A DNA stretch of 64,000 bases from contig CBDANS010000007.1 of assembly GCA_965197745.1 (NCBI GenBank), positions 1,824,001-1,888,000 of the forward strand, in the 5' to 3' direction. The translations under genes and the position numbers were made by a program. Positions within the stretch are counted from its first letter, which is position 1. Each line of letters begins with the position of its first letter. This DNA is from Opitutales bacterium (GTDB lineage Bacteria; Verrucomicrobiota; Verrucomicrobiia; Opitutales; PNEW01). Shown here piece by piece: positions 41,496 through 53,277 of the stretch. The notes under the pieces were generated by a model. That model was given only the letters and a program-made list of their open reading frames with translations, did not search any database and was not told the DNA's origin.

Positions 41496-43970
41496 ATGAA
41501 AACCTTCATTATTACCGAAAAACCAAGTGTTACCCGAGATATTGCATCTGCTCTGGGCAATCTGAAGAAAATAGGCAATTGGTATGAAAACGATGAATAT
41601 ATTATTCACTCTGCATCCGGACATCTTGTTGAACTTTTTATGCCTGAAGATATTGATAAAAAATTAGGATTCTGGAGACTTGGCGCCCTCCCTATTATCC
41701 CCCAGAAATTTGAACTTAAGCCCATCGAGAGATCCAAAGCAAAGTTTAATGAACTGAAAAAACTCATGGGGAGAAAAGAAGTCGATCTTATCGTGAACGC
41801 CTGTGATGCCGGCCGCGAAGGAGAATTGATTTTCACCTATATTTATGAATTAGCAAAATCGAAAAAACCAATTAAACGACTGTGGATGCAATCCATGACC
41901 CGCGACGGTATCCGCAAAGCATTTTCTTTACTACGAAACAACGAACAAATGAAACCTCTTGAGGACGCTGCCCGCTGTCGATCAGAAGCAGATTGGATGA
42001 TTGGTATCAATGGCACGCGCGCATTTACAACGAGAATGTATGGTTCACGACGTGGCCAGGTTGCCACCGTGGGCCGCGTCCAGACCCCCACCCTGGCCAT
42101 GGTCCATACTCGAGAATTAGCGATACGAAATTTCATTTCACGCCCTTACTGGCAGATTATCGGTGAATTTTCCGTCGCTGAGGGAAACTATACTGGAGTC
42201 TATCAACAACAGGATTTTAAAAAATCTGATGATAAAAATGATCGGATCGATCGTCTCTGGGATAAAGCATCGGCTGATCAAATCGTCTCTCAGGTAATGG
42301 GTATTAAAGATGCGCCTGCTAATGATAAGAAAAAACGGACTAAGCAATACGCACCTCTACTTTACGATTTAACCACTCTTCAACGAGAGGCTAATAACCG
42401 ATTTGGGCTCTCTGCACGCCACACATTGCAAACGGCACAAGCGCTTTACGAAAAACATAAGCTTATTACCTATCCCAGAACCGATTCGCATGCCCTACCT
42501 GAAGATTATCTATCTACGTGTAAGGGAATCATGAGCAATTTAATTAATCTAAAAGCATTTGCTCAACGGGTGCTGGATAACGGCTGGATTCATCCCAATA
42601 AGAGAATATTTAATAATGCACGAATCAGTGATCATTTCGCCATTATACCAACGGGCCAGAGTAGCGCTAATTTAAAAGCTGATGAAGAAAAAATATTCGA
42701 CATGATCTGCCGCCGTTTCATCGCTGTTTTCTACCCTCCCGCTCAATATGATGTGACTACTAGAAATACTGAAGTTGCTGAACATAACTTCAAAACTGAA
42801 GGAAGAGTATTAGTTGAACCGGGTTGGCTGGAGGTTTACGAAAGAACGACTGTCGATAAAGAGATTCTTCCCGCCCTGAGCAGCAGTGATGGCACCCCAT
42901 CTAGCGCTAAAGTAATTTCAATTGAAATAAAAAATGAAGCGACTACACCACCCCCACGGTATACTGAGGCTACCCTGCTTTCGGCTATGGAAGGCGCAGG
43001 AAAATTAGTTGATGAAGAAGAGCTGGCCGAAGCACTCAAAGAGAAGGGTCTCGGCACTCCTGCCACGCGCGCTCAGATTATTGAGCATCTTATTAAAGAA
43101 AAGTATTTAGTCCGGGAGGGACGCGAACTGCTCCCTACGGGGAAGACTGAAAACCTCATTGAATTTCTTGAAGCCGTTAAAGTAGATGCGCTCACCAGCC
43201 CCGCTATGACTGGGGAGTGGGAACATAAACTGCATTTGATTGAAACCGGAGAGCTAACCCGTGGGGATTTTATGAACGGCATCATTCAAATGACTACGGA
43301 AATAGTTGATCGGACTAAAAATTTTAAAGAATCGGATGAGGATGCACGGGTGAGTGATATCACCGCGCCCTCTGACGGCAAACCGATGCTTGAAACGCTC
43401 CGCAATTATAAATCTCAAGACGGCAAGTACATTGTTTACAAGATTATCGGCAACCGGAAGTTTAACGAAGAAGAAATTCACGCCCTTGTTACGCAACGAA
43501 AATTAGGGCCCATTGATGGATTCCGTTCCAAGGCAGGAAAACCCTTTTCTGCTATGCTTCAACTGGATGAAAACAATAAGGTAAATTTTATTTTTGAAAA
43601 CCAGAGAAATCAGGATGGGAATGAAAATGCACAAGGCGAATCAGCTGATATATCGAAATTTCCGATTGTCGGGAAATGCCCGGTTGATGGTTCTCCCATA
43701 CATGAAACGCCTAATGCTTATGTAAGCGCTAACTATTATGACAAAGAGAAGAAGAGCAATTTTCGTGTCAGCCGCGTCCTTCTGGGACGCACCATTCCAC
43801 GCGAACAATTCGTTAAACTTCTTGAAAACGGGAAGACCGATCTATTAGATAAATTTCGCTCGAAACGGACAAAAAGATTTTTTTCCGCCTACTTGATTTT
43901 AAAGAAAAACGGCCAGATAGGTTTTGAATTTGAGAAGAAAAAATCAGCAAGCAAAAAAGATGCGCCTTGA
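41496..43970 (+). CDS. topB: DNA topoisomerase III (type IA)
   Basis: EKPSV, DAGREGE, GINGTR, GRVQTPTL, ITYPRTD, GLGTPATRA; C-terminal Toprim_Crpt-like repeats. Confidence 0.9.
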   Translation: MKTFIITEKPSVTRDIASALGNLKKIGNWYENDEYIIHSASGHLVELFMPEDIDKKLGFWRLGALPIIPQKFELKPIERSKAKFNELKKLMGRKEVDLIVNACDAGREGELIFTYIYELAKSKKPIKRLWMQSMTRDGIRKAFSLLRNNEQMKPLEDAARCRSEADWMIGINGTRAFTTRMYGSRRGQVATVGRVQTPTLAMVHTRELAIRNFISRPYWQIIGEFSVAEGNYTGVYQQQDFKKSDDKNDRIDRLWDKASADQIVSQVMGIKDAPANDKKKRTKQYAPLLYDLTTLQREANNRFGLSARHTLQTAQALYEKHKLITYPRTDSHALPEDYLSTCKGIMSNLINLKAFAQRVLDNGWIHPNKRIFNNARISDHFAIIPTGQSSANLKADEEKIFDMICRRFIAVFYPPAQYDVTTRNTEVAEHNFKTEGRVLVEPGWLEVYERTTVDKEILPALSSSDGTPSSAKVISIEIKNEATTPPPRYTEATLLSAMEGAGKLVDEEELAEALKEKGLGTPATRAQIIEHLIKEKYLVREGRELLPTGKTENLIEFLEAVKVDALTSPAMTGEWEHKLHLIETGELTRGDFMNGIIQMTTEIVDRTKNFKESDEDARVSDITAPSDGKPMLETLRNYKSQDGKYIVYKIIGNRKFNEEEIHALVTQRKLGPIDGFRSKAGKPFSAMLQLDENNKVNFIFENQRNQDGNENAQGESADISKFPIVGKCPVDGSPIHETPNAYVSANYYDKEKKSNFRVSRVLLGRTIPREQFVKLLENGKTDLLDKFRSKRTKRFFSAYLILKKNGQIGFEFEKKKSASKKDAP

Positions 43971-44046
43971 TTTTAATATTTAATACCCTTTAATTCGACG
44001 AATTTCTTATCGCCTTTAGACGCATAACATCAAAGAGGAGTGACCA

Positions 44047-45081
44047 TTGCCAGTTGCCACGCCAAACCAGTACGCTAAGATTCTTGATGCAGCTCAAGAG
44101 GAAGGATACGCTTATCCAGCCATAAATTGTACATCCCTGATCAGCATAAATGCAGCTTTAAAAGGGTTCTCGGATGCCAAATCGGATGGATTAATCCAAT
44201 TCTCCACGGGTGCAGGTCAGTTTGCTTCGGGCTTGAATCTTAAAGATTCGGTTCACGGTGTCATTGTCCTCGCAGAGGCCGTACATAAGTTAGCGGAAAA
44301 ACATAATATTCTGGTCGCTTTGCATACGGACCATTGCCAACCGGATAAAGCGGAGGGATTTCTTAAGCCTCTTATTGAGGTCACAGCGGAACGTCGCAAA
44401 AACGGACTTAATAATCTATTACAAAGTCATATGCTGGATGCCTCAGCACTGCCCCTTGAAGATAACATGGCTATTTCCAGGGAATACCTGAAACGCTGCG
44501 CGGAAAATGAAATCATACTCGAAGTCGAAGCGGGTGTGGTTGGAGGTGAAGAAGACGGAGCATCCGGCAGTAAAGATACACCCGATGAGAAATTATATAC
44601 AACACCCGAAGACATGCTATACGTCCACGAAGCTTTAGACGGAATCGGACGCTACATGTTCGCCGCGACATTTGGTAATGTTCATGGACATTATAAACCC
44701 GGAGCTGTAAAGCTGAGTCCTGATATACTTAAGAAAGGACAGGAAGCGGTCATTAAAAAATACGGTGAAGCATCTGAATTCGATCTGGTTTTTCATGGTG
44801 GATCAGGTTCCCCTCTTGAGCAAATCCGAGAGACACTTGATTACGGTGTGATTAAAATGAATATTGACACTGACACTCAATACACTTTTACGCGTGCTAT
44901 TGCCGATCACATGTTCAAGCACTATGATGGTGTCATCATGGCCGATGGTGAAATAGGCGATAAAAAATATTATGACACACGCTCCTACTTAAAAAAGGCT
45001 GAAGAGGCCATGTCACAGCGAGTGTCACAAGGGTGTAGTGATTTACGCTCAAAGGGGAAAAGCCTTTTCGGCAAAGTATAA
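44047..45081 (+). CDS. fbaA: Class II fructose-bisphosphate aldolase
   Basis: LHTDHC, SHMLD, GGEEDG, FGNVHG, VFHGGSG, KMNIDTD. Confidence 0.95.
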   Translation: MPVATPNQYAKILDAAQEEGYAYPAINCTSLISINAALKGFSDAKSDGLIQFSTGAGQFASGLNLKDSVHGVIVLAEAVHKLAEKHNILVALHTDHCQPDKAEGFLKPLIEVTAERRKNGLNNLLQSHMLDASALPLEDNMAISREYLKRCAENEIILEVEAGVVGGEEDGASGSKDTPDEKLYTTPEDMLYVHEALDGIGRYMFAATFGNVHGHYKPGAVKLSPDILKKGQEAVIKKYGEASEFDLVFHGGSGSPLEQIRETLDYGVIKMNIDTDTQYTFTRAIADHMFKHYDGVIMADGEIGDKKYYDTRSYLKKAEEAMSQRVSQGCSDLRSKGKSLFGKV

Positions 45082-45126
45082 AAAGCGAGAAATCGCTAAA
45101 CTGGTATTGTCATAAATCCAACACCT

Positions 45127-45954
45127 TCAAGGTAACCAGGGATATTTGCGAAAATCCGGTTTTTCCTTATTGAGATACGCTCGATGCCCTTCGTTCCCTT
45201 CCTCCGATAAATAGTAGAGTAAAGTGGCATTTCCCGCAAGTTCCTGTAGCCCCGCCTGGCCATCACAATCAGCGTTAAAAGCTGCTTTGAGGCAGCGTAT
45301 GGCAAGAGGGCTTTTTTCCAGAATTTCACGGGCCCACTGCACGCCTTCTACCTCAAGTTTTTCGAGGGCAACCACTTTATTCACTAATCCCATGGCCAGG
45401 GCTTCTTCGGCACTGTATTGGTGGCATAAATACCAGATTTCGCGCGCTTTCTTCTGGCCGACAATACGTGCCAGATAGCTTGAGCCGAAACCACCGTCAA
45501 AACTACCAACAACCGGTCCACTTTGTCCGAAGATTGCATTATCAGCAGCGATAGTCAGATCGCACACTACTTGTAAGACCTGTCCCCCTCCGATGGCATA
45601 ACCTGCAACAAGGGCGATGACGACTTTTGGCATAGTTCGTATTAACCTTTGTAAATCCAGCACATTCAAGCGAGGTTCACCCCCCTCGGTAAGATAACCC
45701 GCTTTGCCTCGGATACTCTGATCGCCTCCCGAAGAAAAAGCGTATTTACCGTCGGTATGGGGTCCTGCTCCCGTCAGAAGAATAACCCCGATACGACTGT
45801 CTTCTCGAGCATTGGAAAAGGCATCGATCATTTCGGTAACCGTTTTCGGACGAAAGGCGTTACGCTTTTCCGGTCGGTTGATTGTAACACGGGCAATACC
45901 ATCTGTTTTTTCGTAGATGATATCTTCGTATTCCCGTACTTTATCCCATGCCAT
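45127..45954 (-). CDS. menB: 1,4-dihydroxy-2-naphthoyl-CoA synthase
   Basis: [34 protein letters not shown]. Confidence 0.96.
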   Translation of the reverse strand: MAWDKVREYEDIIYEKTDGIARVTINRPEKRNAFRPKTVTEMIDAFSNAREDSRIGVILLTGAGPHTDGKYAFSSGGDQSIRGKAGYLTEGGEPRLNVLDLQRLIRTMPKVVIALVAGYAIGGGQVLQVVCDLTIAADNAIFGQSGPVVGSFDGGFGSSYLARIVGQKKAREIWYLCHQYSAEEALAMGLVNKVVALEKLEVEGVQWAREILEKSPLAIRCLKAAFNADCDGQAGLQELAGNATLLYYLSEEGNEGHRAYLNKEKPDFRKYPWLP

Positions 45955-45978
45955 TTTCAATGATACGATTATCGTAAT

Positions 45979-47778
45979 TCACAATTTGATCTGTTTCGCT
46001 ACAATTTCGCTTAATTCACTCAGGTATCGCGTATCTTTTTTCCGATTGGTAATGACTTCTAAAATTCGTAATCCCGAGGATGGTAATTTTCTTAACTTAT
46101 CCCTTAATTGATCAAGGTTTTTAACTCTGAAATGTGAGACCTTATAAACCTCAGCTAATTTTTTGAAGTTTATATCCTGCGGGGTTGCAAAATACTCTTC
46201 GAAGGGCGGGTTAAACTTTGCAATCGGCAATTGTTCAAATATGCCACCTCCGCTGTTATTTATTAATACTATGGTTAAATGACCCTTAAATTGTGAATTA
46301 GTGAGAAATCCATTGGTATCATGGAGAAGAGCAAGATCTCCGGTTAAAAGGACCGCTTTCTTATTAGCGTGAGCAATACCCAACGCCGTTGAAAGAGTAC
46401 CGTCTATACCATTCGCTCCCCGGTTGAAAAAAGGTTGAACCTGACGATTGTTCGCAGTCCAAAAATACTCCACGTCGCGCACCGGCATGCTGTTCGCGAT
46501 AAAAAGCGGTGTCCCCCGGGGCATTATTTTTGACATCACCCAGGCTATTTTCCCTTCAAAAGGAAATTTACACTTTTTTAATTCTTTGTTTAATATACGT
46601 GAAATTTTTTTCTCCGCAGCAATCCAGTTGTTACAGAATCCCGTGGACCGTGGAGAGCGATCCTGCAGGGTTTGCGCCAATGCAGCTACCGACATGCGCA
46701 GCGGTGTCGCATCTCTATGGAGAGCGTCAACATTATCATAACTTTGATCAAGGACCCATGTCCTTGCATTAAATTTCTCCAACCACGATCGCAATATTTT
46801 ACTCGAGGGCAATGGTCCAATACTTAGAACGGTACTGGGTCGAAGCCCATGTCTTAAATCAGGATGAGATAATGTATAATGGTAGTGAGTAATTAGATAA
46901 GGATTTGAATTTGCATAATTACGCAATGGAGATAATCCATCGGCGAGAGTTGGCCACCCCAACCGCTTTGCGATTATACCTATATCAGACGAAAATTTTT
47001 CCGGATTTTCGGGTTGATTGGGACCAACAATTATTAAGCCCTGACGAAACGATTCCATTTTCTCCGAAATCCCATTTTCCAGTGTAGGATTAATCGTCAT
47101 TTTGCTATCGCACAAAGGCTCAATATTATTAATCAGAGACAAAAGATCCAGTTCATGGGGAAATGCCAGAGGCCCCTCTTCTTCTATTGGGGCTAGCGGT
47201 TCGCGAAAGGGGAAATTTAAATGGACCGGACCTGGTGTCGGAAATCGGCAGCGTTCCCAGCAATGAACGAGGGTTTGACGCAAATATTTTAACCTGGCTG
47301 TTTCGAGAGAGGGTGTGGAGAGTTCTATCTGTATATTAGGATACGTGCCAAATATTTTTTGCTGATCGATGCTTTGTCCGGAATGACAGTGGCGCAATTC
47401 CGGTGGCCGATCAGCAGTCATCACAATAAGCGGTATTTGCGATTCGCGCGCTTCAATAATAGCAGGATAAAAATTAGCTGCGGCAGTTCCTGAAGTACAA
47501 ACCACGGCAACGGGTCGATGTATTTTTCGGGCCAGACCAAGAGCAAAAAAGGAGGCCGATCGCTCATCAAGGACAGGTAGGGTTTCAATATCACGATGAC
47601 GAGAGAAAGCAAAAGTCAAAGGGGCTGAGCGCGAACCTGGAGCGATAACGGCATGGCGTAAACCAAGGCGGGCTAGGACCTCCACGCACAATGCGCCCCA
47701 AATCGAATTCGTATTCGCATAACTAAACTGATCAAAAATAATTTTATTTGAAATCTTACCGCTGTCTTGAATAGCCAT
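45979..47778 (-). CDS. menD: SEPHCHC synthase
   Basis: PGSRSAP, DERSA, TSGTA, ADRPPE, NSMPVRD, NRGANGIDG, NNSGGGIF. Confidence 0.96.
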   Translation of the reverse strand: MAIQDSGKISNKIIFDQFSYANTNSIWGALCVEVLARLGLRHAVIAPGSRSAPLTFAFSRHRDIETLPVLDERSASFFALGLARKIHRPVAVVCTSGTAAANFYPAIIEARESQIPLIVMTADRPPELRHCHSGQSIDQQKIFGTYPNIQIELSTPSLETARLKYLRQTLVHCWERCRFPTPGPVHLNFPFREPLAPIEEEGPLAFPHELDLLSLINNIEPLCDSKMTINPTLENGISEKMESFRQGLIIVGPNQPENPEKFSSDIGIIAKRLGWPTLADGLSPLRNYANSNPYLITHYHYTLSHPDLRHGLRPSTVLSIGPLPSSKILRSWLEKFNARTWVLDQSYDNVDALHRDATPLRMSVAALAQTLQDRSPRSTGFCNNWIAAEKKISRILNKELKKCKFPFEGKIAWVMSKIMPRGTPLFIANSMPVRDVEYFWTANNRQVQPFFNRGANGIDGTLSTALGIAHANKKAVLLTGDLALLHDTNGFLTNSQFKGHLTIVLINNSGGGIFEQLPIAKFNPPFEEYFATPQDINFKKLAEVYKVSHFRVKNLDQLRDKLRKLPSSGLRILEVITNRKKDTRYLSELSEIVAKQIKL

Positions 47779-47808
47779 ACCTTCAATATGATGGAGAGGG
47801 TCTAATAA

Positions 47809-49391
47809 TTAAATGATAGTATCAAGAAGGGCTTGAAGTTTTAAATCGGTCTCTTTTTTCTCCAAAGCGGGATCCGATCCCTCGACAATACCATTTCCTG
47901 CGTATAATCTGGCATGGGAACCATTAATAAGTGCGGAGCGTATTGCTACTACCATTTCGCCATCTCCCCTGGCATTAAACCAACCTACAACACCGGCATA
48001 GAGACCCCGTTCGAAGGCCTCGAGGCCTTTGATCTCCTCGATAACCTTGTCACGTGGTGTTCCCCCTACAGCTGGGGTAGGATGTAAAATGCCCAGAATA
48101 TCCATAAAATGGCGGTCCCCTGGAATTTCACTGTATATGGGCGAGCGACACCGGCATAGAGACCCCGTTCGAAGGCCTCGAGGCCTTTGATCTCCTCGAT
48201 AACCTTGTCACGTGGTGTTCCCCCTACAGCTGGGGTAGGATGTAAAATGCCCAGAATATCCATAAAATGGCGGTCCCCTGGAATTTCACTGTATATGGGC
48301 GAGCGAAGGTGCTGAACATTAGATAGTTGAAGAAGAACCGGTAATGCGGCTGCCTGGGCTTCGATCCCTATCTCCTGAAGGCGCCGGGTTATAGCGTCAA
48401 TGACCAGTCGATGTTCACGCAAGTCTTTGTCGCTGTTCAGCAGGGCTCGCGCGTAGACAGCATCATCACTGGCTGAACTACCTCGAGGGGCCGAACCGGC
48501 AATTGCTTCCATCTTTAACTCACGCCCCTCAATTTTTAAAAGCCGTTCTGGAGACGCTCCGATAAAACTCTGTCGTTTACCATTGGCTATTGAAAACGAG
48601 TAACATCCAGGATAGATACTGCGAAGCTTATTAAGCGAACCCAATGGATCGAAAGGGGTATTTTTATTTAAATCCAAAGCACGGGCTAAGACAATTTTTT
48701 CATATCGGCTTTCCGCTATTTTACCGAGTGCGGTGCGTACCGATTCTTCATAATAATTTACACCGCCCACTTCCCCGATTTCAGGCACGGCATCGGCTTC
48801 GGATTCTGGCTCAATTTTATCGCTGCCATAGCTGAATGAAGAGAATCTCTGATGTGCCTTCCAAACCTTGTTTGTCAATACCTCCAGATCTGTATCTTCA
48901 TTAACAAAAACATTGGCTACAGCCCCATAGGTTCCGCCACACCGTGAAACTTGCCAGCGAGGAACAAATACTGTGGCAGGTGGAAAATACTCCACTGATT
49001 CAGGTTCATTATAGAAAGTGAAGGCACAAAAAAAATGAAGCCCACTGAACGGGATATTGAGATCACCGGTTACGATAGCGTTATCAAGGATTGATTTACT
49101 AAACCTCTTTACTTCTTTGAATCTATCAGGACCCTCAAAACTGGCAGAGACAATAGCTTCCGCTCCCGCAACAGCCTCGTCCAAGGCCCGGTTCTCCATA
49201 TAAAAGTGGAGCTCATACTCTTCATAAATCGATTCTAAAACTGCCAGTGGATCGATATGCTTAACCTCGATTGAAATACTCGCTATTTTAAAATGATCGT
49301 CCTTCGCCGCTTCTTCTTTGCAGTTTTGAAGAAAAGAAAATAATGCCTCTCGATTGCGAGAGCTTACAGGTGGTGGAGCAACAACATTCAC
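47809..49391 (-). CDS. menF: Isochorismate synthase, interrupted as assembled by a 158-bp tandem duplication
   Basis: KIVLAR, GASPERL, EH, HPTPAVGG, IRSA, AGNGIV; upstream of menD. Confidence 0.9.
47990..48305. repeat. Exact 158-bp tandem duplication (47990-48147 and 48148-48305)
   Basis: Base-by-base identical copies. Confidence 0.95.
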
Positions 49392-49435
49392 GAGTTCGAT
49401 TACTTCAATTTTAAATATGAAGGTATTGCCAATAT

Positions 49436-50965
49436 TTATGGTGAACGGGGGAAGAGTATCGTTTTTTCACCAAAAGTATTGCCCTCAAGTCTTGATGACC
49501 ACTTCAGTTCCAGATCCCATGTAGCAATTTCAGGTAGCCCTAAAAGCCCATAAATTTTCGCCGAGACATCAGGGGTCACGGGGGCCAGGGCTGCCGCGGC
49601 CAGTCGCACGCTTTCAGCCATCGTGGCAAGTGTGGATTCCAGTTTTTTGCGATCACCGGGAGCATCGGACTTGGCCAGTGCCCAGGGCGCACGGATCTCT
49701 GTGTAACGATTTATCGCTCTGATAAAATTAAACGTTCTATCGAGTGCACTGTGAAACTGCAATTCCTCAAACCCCTGAATTATCTCATCGCCCGTTTTTT
49801 GCCAAAGGGTATGAAGCTCCTTTTCGGGTTCTTCCTTGACGCAAACTGCGGGGATACGACTCTCACAATAACGCGCCCCCATGTTTAAGAGACGGCTTAC
49901 AAGATTTCCGAGATCGTTGGCAAGGTCACTATTGTAACGAGTTACAAAGTGCTCATGAGAGAAATCACTATCCTGCCCCACGTTCATTTCACGGGTAACG
50001 AAATAGCGAAATGCATCGGGTCCATATTCTTCAATGAGTGAAAGGGGATCAATAATCTCACCTGCGCTTTTTGACATTTTTCTCCCAGAAAAATTCCAAA
50101 AGCCATGAACGACGAGTGCTTGGGGGAGCTCAATTCCACAAGCATGAAGCATAATGGGCCAATAAATAGCATGCGCAGGCAGTATTACATCCTTGCCAAT
50201 AACATGCATGTTTACTGGCCAATATTCATTAAAATGATCCGTGTCGTATTTTACGGCTGTAATGTAATTAATTAGGGCATCGAACCACACATAGGTGACA
50301 AAACCAGAGTCAAAGGGTAATGGTATACCCCAGGAAAGCCGATCAACGGGACGGGATATGCACAGATCATTGAGCGGGTCTTTGAGGAATTCAAGAACCT
50401 GCTTTTGGCGGAACTGCGGAAAAATGAAATCATCATGACTCTCAATAAATTCGATTAGCCAATCCTGATACTGGCTCAATTTGAAGAAATAATTAGTCTC
50501 ACCAATTTTCGTAATTTCACCAAATTCTTCGGGCCAGGATCCATTTTCATCGCGCTCTTTTTCCTGAAGAAACTGTTCCTGTTTCACGCTATAGTATCCT
50601 TTATAATCGGCTTTGTATATTTCTTCTTTGTCAAAAAGTTTCTGGAGAATAGATTGAACAACTTTTTTGTGGCGGTCTTCCGTGGTTCGAATATAATCGC
50701 TATTAGAGATGAGGAGTTGCGTGCAGAGGTGATTAAATTGCGCGGCTATGTCATCACACAACTCAATAGGCTTCACCCCCAGTTTATTGGCACTTTGCTG
50801 AACTTTTTGCCCATGTTCATCAAGCCCGGTTAAAAAATGAACTTCATCCCCAATAACTCGACGATAGCGGGCGATTACATCAGCCAATGTCTTTTCATAG
50901 GCATGCCCAAGGTGAGGTGCCCCATTCGCGTAATCTATAGCCGTGGTGATATAAAACTTTTTCAT
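49436..50965 (-). CDS. metG: Methionine--tRNA ligase
   Basis: HLGH, DEHG, YVWFDAL, KMSKS. Confidence 0.96.
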   Translation of the reverse strand: MKKFYITTAIDYANGAPHLGHAYEKTLADVIARYRRVIGDEVHFLTGLDEHGQKVQQSANKLGVKPIELCDDIAAQFNHLCTQLLISNSDYIRTTEDRHKKVVQSILQKLFDKEEIYKADYKGYYSVKQEQFLQEKERDENGSWPEEFGEITKIGETNYFFKLSQYQDWLIEFIESHDDFIFPQFRQKQVLEFLKDPLNDLCISRPVDRLSWGIPLPFDSGFVTYVWFDALINYITAVKYDTDHFNEYWPVNMHVIGKDVILPAHAIYWPIMLHACGIELPQALVVHGFWNFSGRKMSKSAGEIIDPLSLIEEYGPDAFRYFVTREMNVGQDSDFSHEHFVTRYNSDLANDLGNLVSRLLNMGARYCESRIPAVCVKEEPEKELHTLWQKTGDEIIQGFEELQFHSALDRTFNFIRAINRYTEIRAPWALAKSDAPGDRKKLESTLATMAESVRLAAAALAPVTPDVSAKIYGLLGLPEIATWDLELKWSSRLEGNTFGEKTILFPRSP

Positions 50966-51423
50966 CCTTTTACCCTTTGATAAGGTCGGTTGCTACTGTT
51001 GATAAAAATATTAGGGAGCGCAAGTTTTCCCATGGCCCTACTTGCGGCTTTAAAGTTTAAGCACTGTTGGGAATCTTCTCCAACAATGAGATCATTTAAA
51101 TTGATCTAACAATGTTTTTAAAAGGGAAACAGAGAATGGCATTTCTCTCATCTGGTGTCTCAGAACGATTTCCCGACCTACCGTCAATCAAAATGCCTCA
51201 ACGCAGAGTTAAATTATGATGCGACTGATAAAGTAAATAAGAAAATAGGGGCAACATTATGCCATTTATATTGTCTTAATATAATAAGCAGAATTACAGG
51301 ATCTAAGTTATTGATGGCGGGTTTAAGACTTACAGAACGGCATCATTTAAACTGGATAGAGAAAAGCGTGCATCTTGAATAGATTGACATTAGTTATACA
51401 ATCAATAATAATTAAATTAACTA

Positions 51424-53271
51424 ATGCCTGATCGTTCTCCAAGAGAATCCTCGCGCGATAAAAGAACATCAAATCTGCGCAAAGAAACGATAAATGACGC
51501 GGTTATCAGGTTAGCTGGCAATTCACAGGATGGAATACAATCAGTGGGTGGTTTCCTGGCACGATTGGCGGGGAGGAATGCACAGGATGTTATGACTTAC
51601 ATGACCATCCCCTCGACGATATCAGGTGGACCATCGATTTATCAGGTGAGGATAGGGTCTGGAGAAATTCTTTCAGCCGGCGATGAAGCTGATTTTCTCG
51701 TCGCATTTTATCAACATAGTTATGAAGAGCATATTGAGTATCTGCGCGAAGGTGGTGTTCTAATATACGACACTGAGCACGTTAAACCGGATATATCAGA
51801 TAAACGCTTTGTTCCTGTCGGTATACCTATCACCGGCCTCACTATTGAAGCAGTAGGTGGCACATCGAAAGACAAGGGCAAAAATATATTTATTCTGGGG
51901 CTACTCGCCAATATTTTTACACTCGATGTCGAAAAACTACACGGACTGATAACAGAAAGAATAGGCGGTAAGGGGAAAAAAATACTGCGCAATGCACTGC
52001 TTGCATTTGACTCCGGTTATGCTTATCCCGTCGACAATGTTCTCGACCGTTATTATACTTTTATACCAGCCGAGAATGATAACAATAACTCACAGGTCAC
52101 GATGGATGGCAATCAAGCGCTCGCCTATGGACTGATAGCAGCAGGTGTTCGATATGGCGCGGGATACCCCATTACACCCTGGTCACCGGTAATGGAAACA
52201 TTGCGCTCAGAACTTCCAAAATATGGAGGAACTTTTGTCCAGGCCGAGGATGAAATTGCGGCTATTTCCATAGCGCTGGGTTTTTCTTACAGTGGTCACC
52301 TTGCAGTCACCGGTAGTTCCGGCCCCGGAATTTCACTCAAAATGGAAGGACTCGGTTGGGCGGTTATGGCGGAAATGCCCCTTATTGTCGTCAATATTCA
52401 ACGGGGAGGTCCTAGCACGGGGCTACCAACCAACGTCGAGCAAAGTGACCTCATGCAAGCCATCTATGGAAGTCATGGAGATACACCACGCGTGGTGATA
52501 GCACCGCGCGATGTTGAAGATTGTTTTTACACCGCCCTGGAAGCCGCGAAAATTGCCAGTGAATACAGTACCCCGGTAATAATTCTTTCTGATCTCGCTT
52601 TAGCGACAAGAATCGAAGCATTTGATGATCCTCATTTAGAAGACCTTGTTATTGAGCCCAAACTCGATCTCTCCCCTCATTCCGGTGAGTACCATCCCTA
52701 CGCTATAAATCGTATAACCAGGCATATTGTGCCCGGCACCCGTATTGAAGAAGGAAGCTATCCGGTAGTAACCGGCCTCGAGCATGACGAATCGGGTCAC
52801 CCCACAGCCAACCCACAATTGCATATGAAAATGACGGCTAAGCGTCGTGAAAAAATAAAACGTCTTGCCGCAACACTACCCCAACCTGAAGTATTTGGCG
52901 ATGAATCCGGCGATATCCTCTTCGTCGGTTGGGGTTCTACCTGGGGGCCTATTCACGAAGCAACAGTAGAAGCACGCGAACAGGGTGAAAAAACAGGCCA
53001 TATACATCTGAGGCATCTTCACCCTTTACCCAATAACCTGGAAATCATCTTCAGCCGGTATCGTCAGATATTCATTGTAGAATCTAACGATGTCGGACTC
53101 TACGGCTACGGCCAGTTGGCAAGCCTGTTACGCGCCCGTTATTGTAATCCGGCAATACGGAGTATATCCAAGACTGATGGCCTTATCTTTAAAGTTCGCG
53201 AAATACTCAGGGGGAAAAATGAATTACGCAGTGAACAAGCGGCTTCTTTCTCATCATTCCCCGAATATTAG
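51424..53271 (+). CDS. korA: 2-oxoacid:ferredoxin oxidoreductase alpha subunit
   Basis: GYPITP, QAEDE, SGPG, QRGGPSTGLPT, GLEHDE, GWGST. Confidence 0.88.
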   Translation: MPDRSPRESSRDKRTSNLRKETINDAVIRLAGNSQDGIQSVGGFLARLAGRNAQDVMTYMTIPSTISGGPSIYQVRIGSGEILSAGDEADFLVAFYQHSYEEHIEYLREGGVLIYDTEHVKPDISDKRFVPVGIPITGLTIEAVGGTSKDKGKNIFILGLLANIFTLDVEKLHGLITERIGGKGKKILRNALLAFDSGYAYPVDNVLDRYYTFIPAENDNNNSQVTMDGNQALAYGLIAAGVRYGAGYPITPWSPVMETLRSELPKYGGTFVQAEDEIAAISIALGFSYSGHLAVTGSSGPGISLKMEGLGWAVMAEMPLIVVNIQRGGPSTGLPTNVEQSDLMQAIYGSHGDTPRVVIAPRDVEDCFYTALEAAKIASEYSTPVIILSDLALATRIEAFDDPHLEDLVIEPKLDLSPHSGEYHPYAINRITRHIVPGTRIEEGSYPVVTGLEHDESGHPTANPQLHMKMTAKRREKIKRLAATLPQPEVFGDESGDILFVGWGSTWGPIHEATVEAREQGEKTGHIHLRHLHPLPNNLEIIFSRYRQIFIVESNDVGLYGYGQLASLLRARYCNPAIRSISKTDGLIFKVREILRGKNELRSEQAASFSSFPEY

Positions 53272-53277
53272 CATTAT

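Noticed and set aside
51155..51382. 75-aa ORF between metG and korA
   Set aside because: GTG start, AT-rich, no motif; more likely part of a divergent promoter region (TTGACA at 51384).
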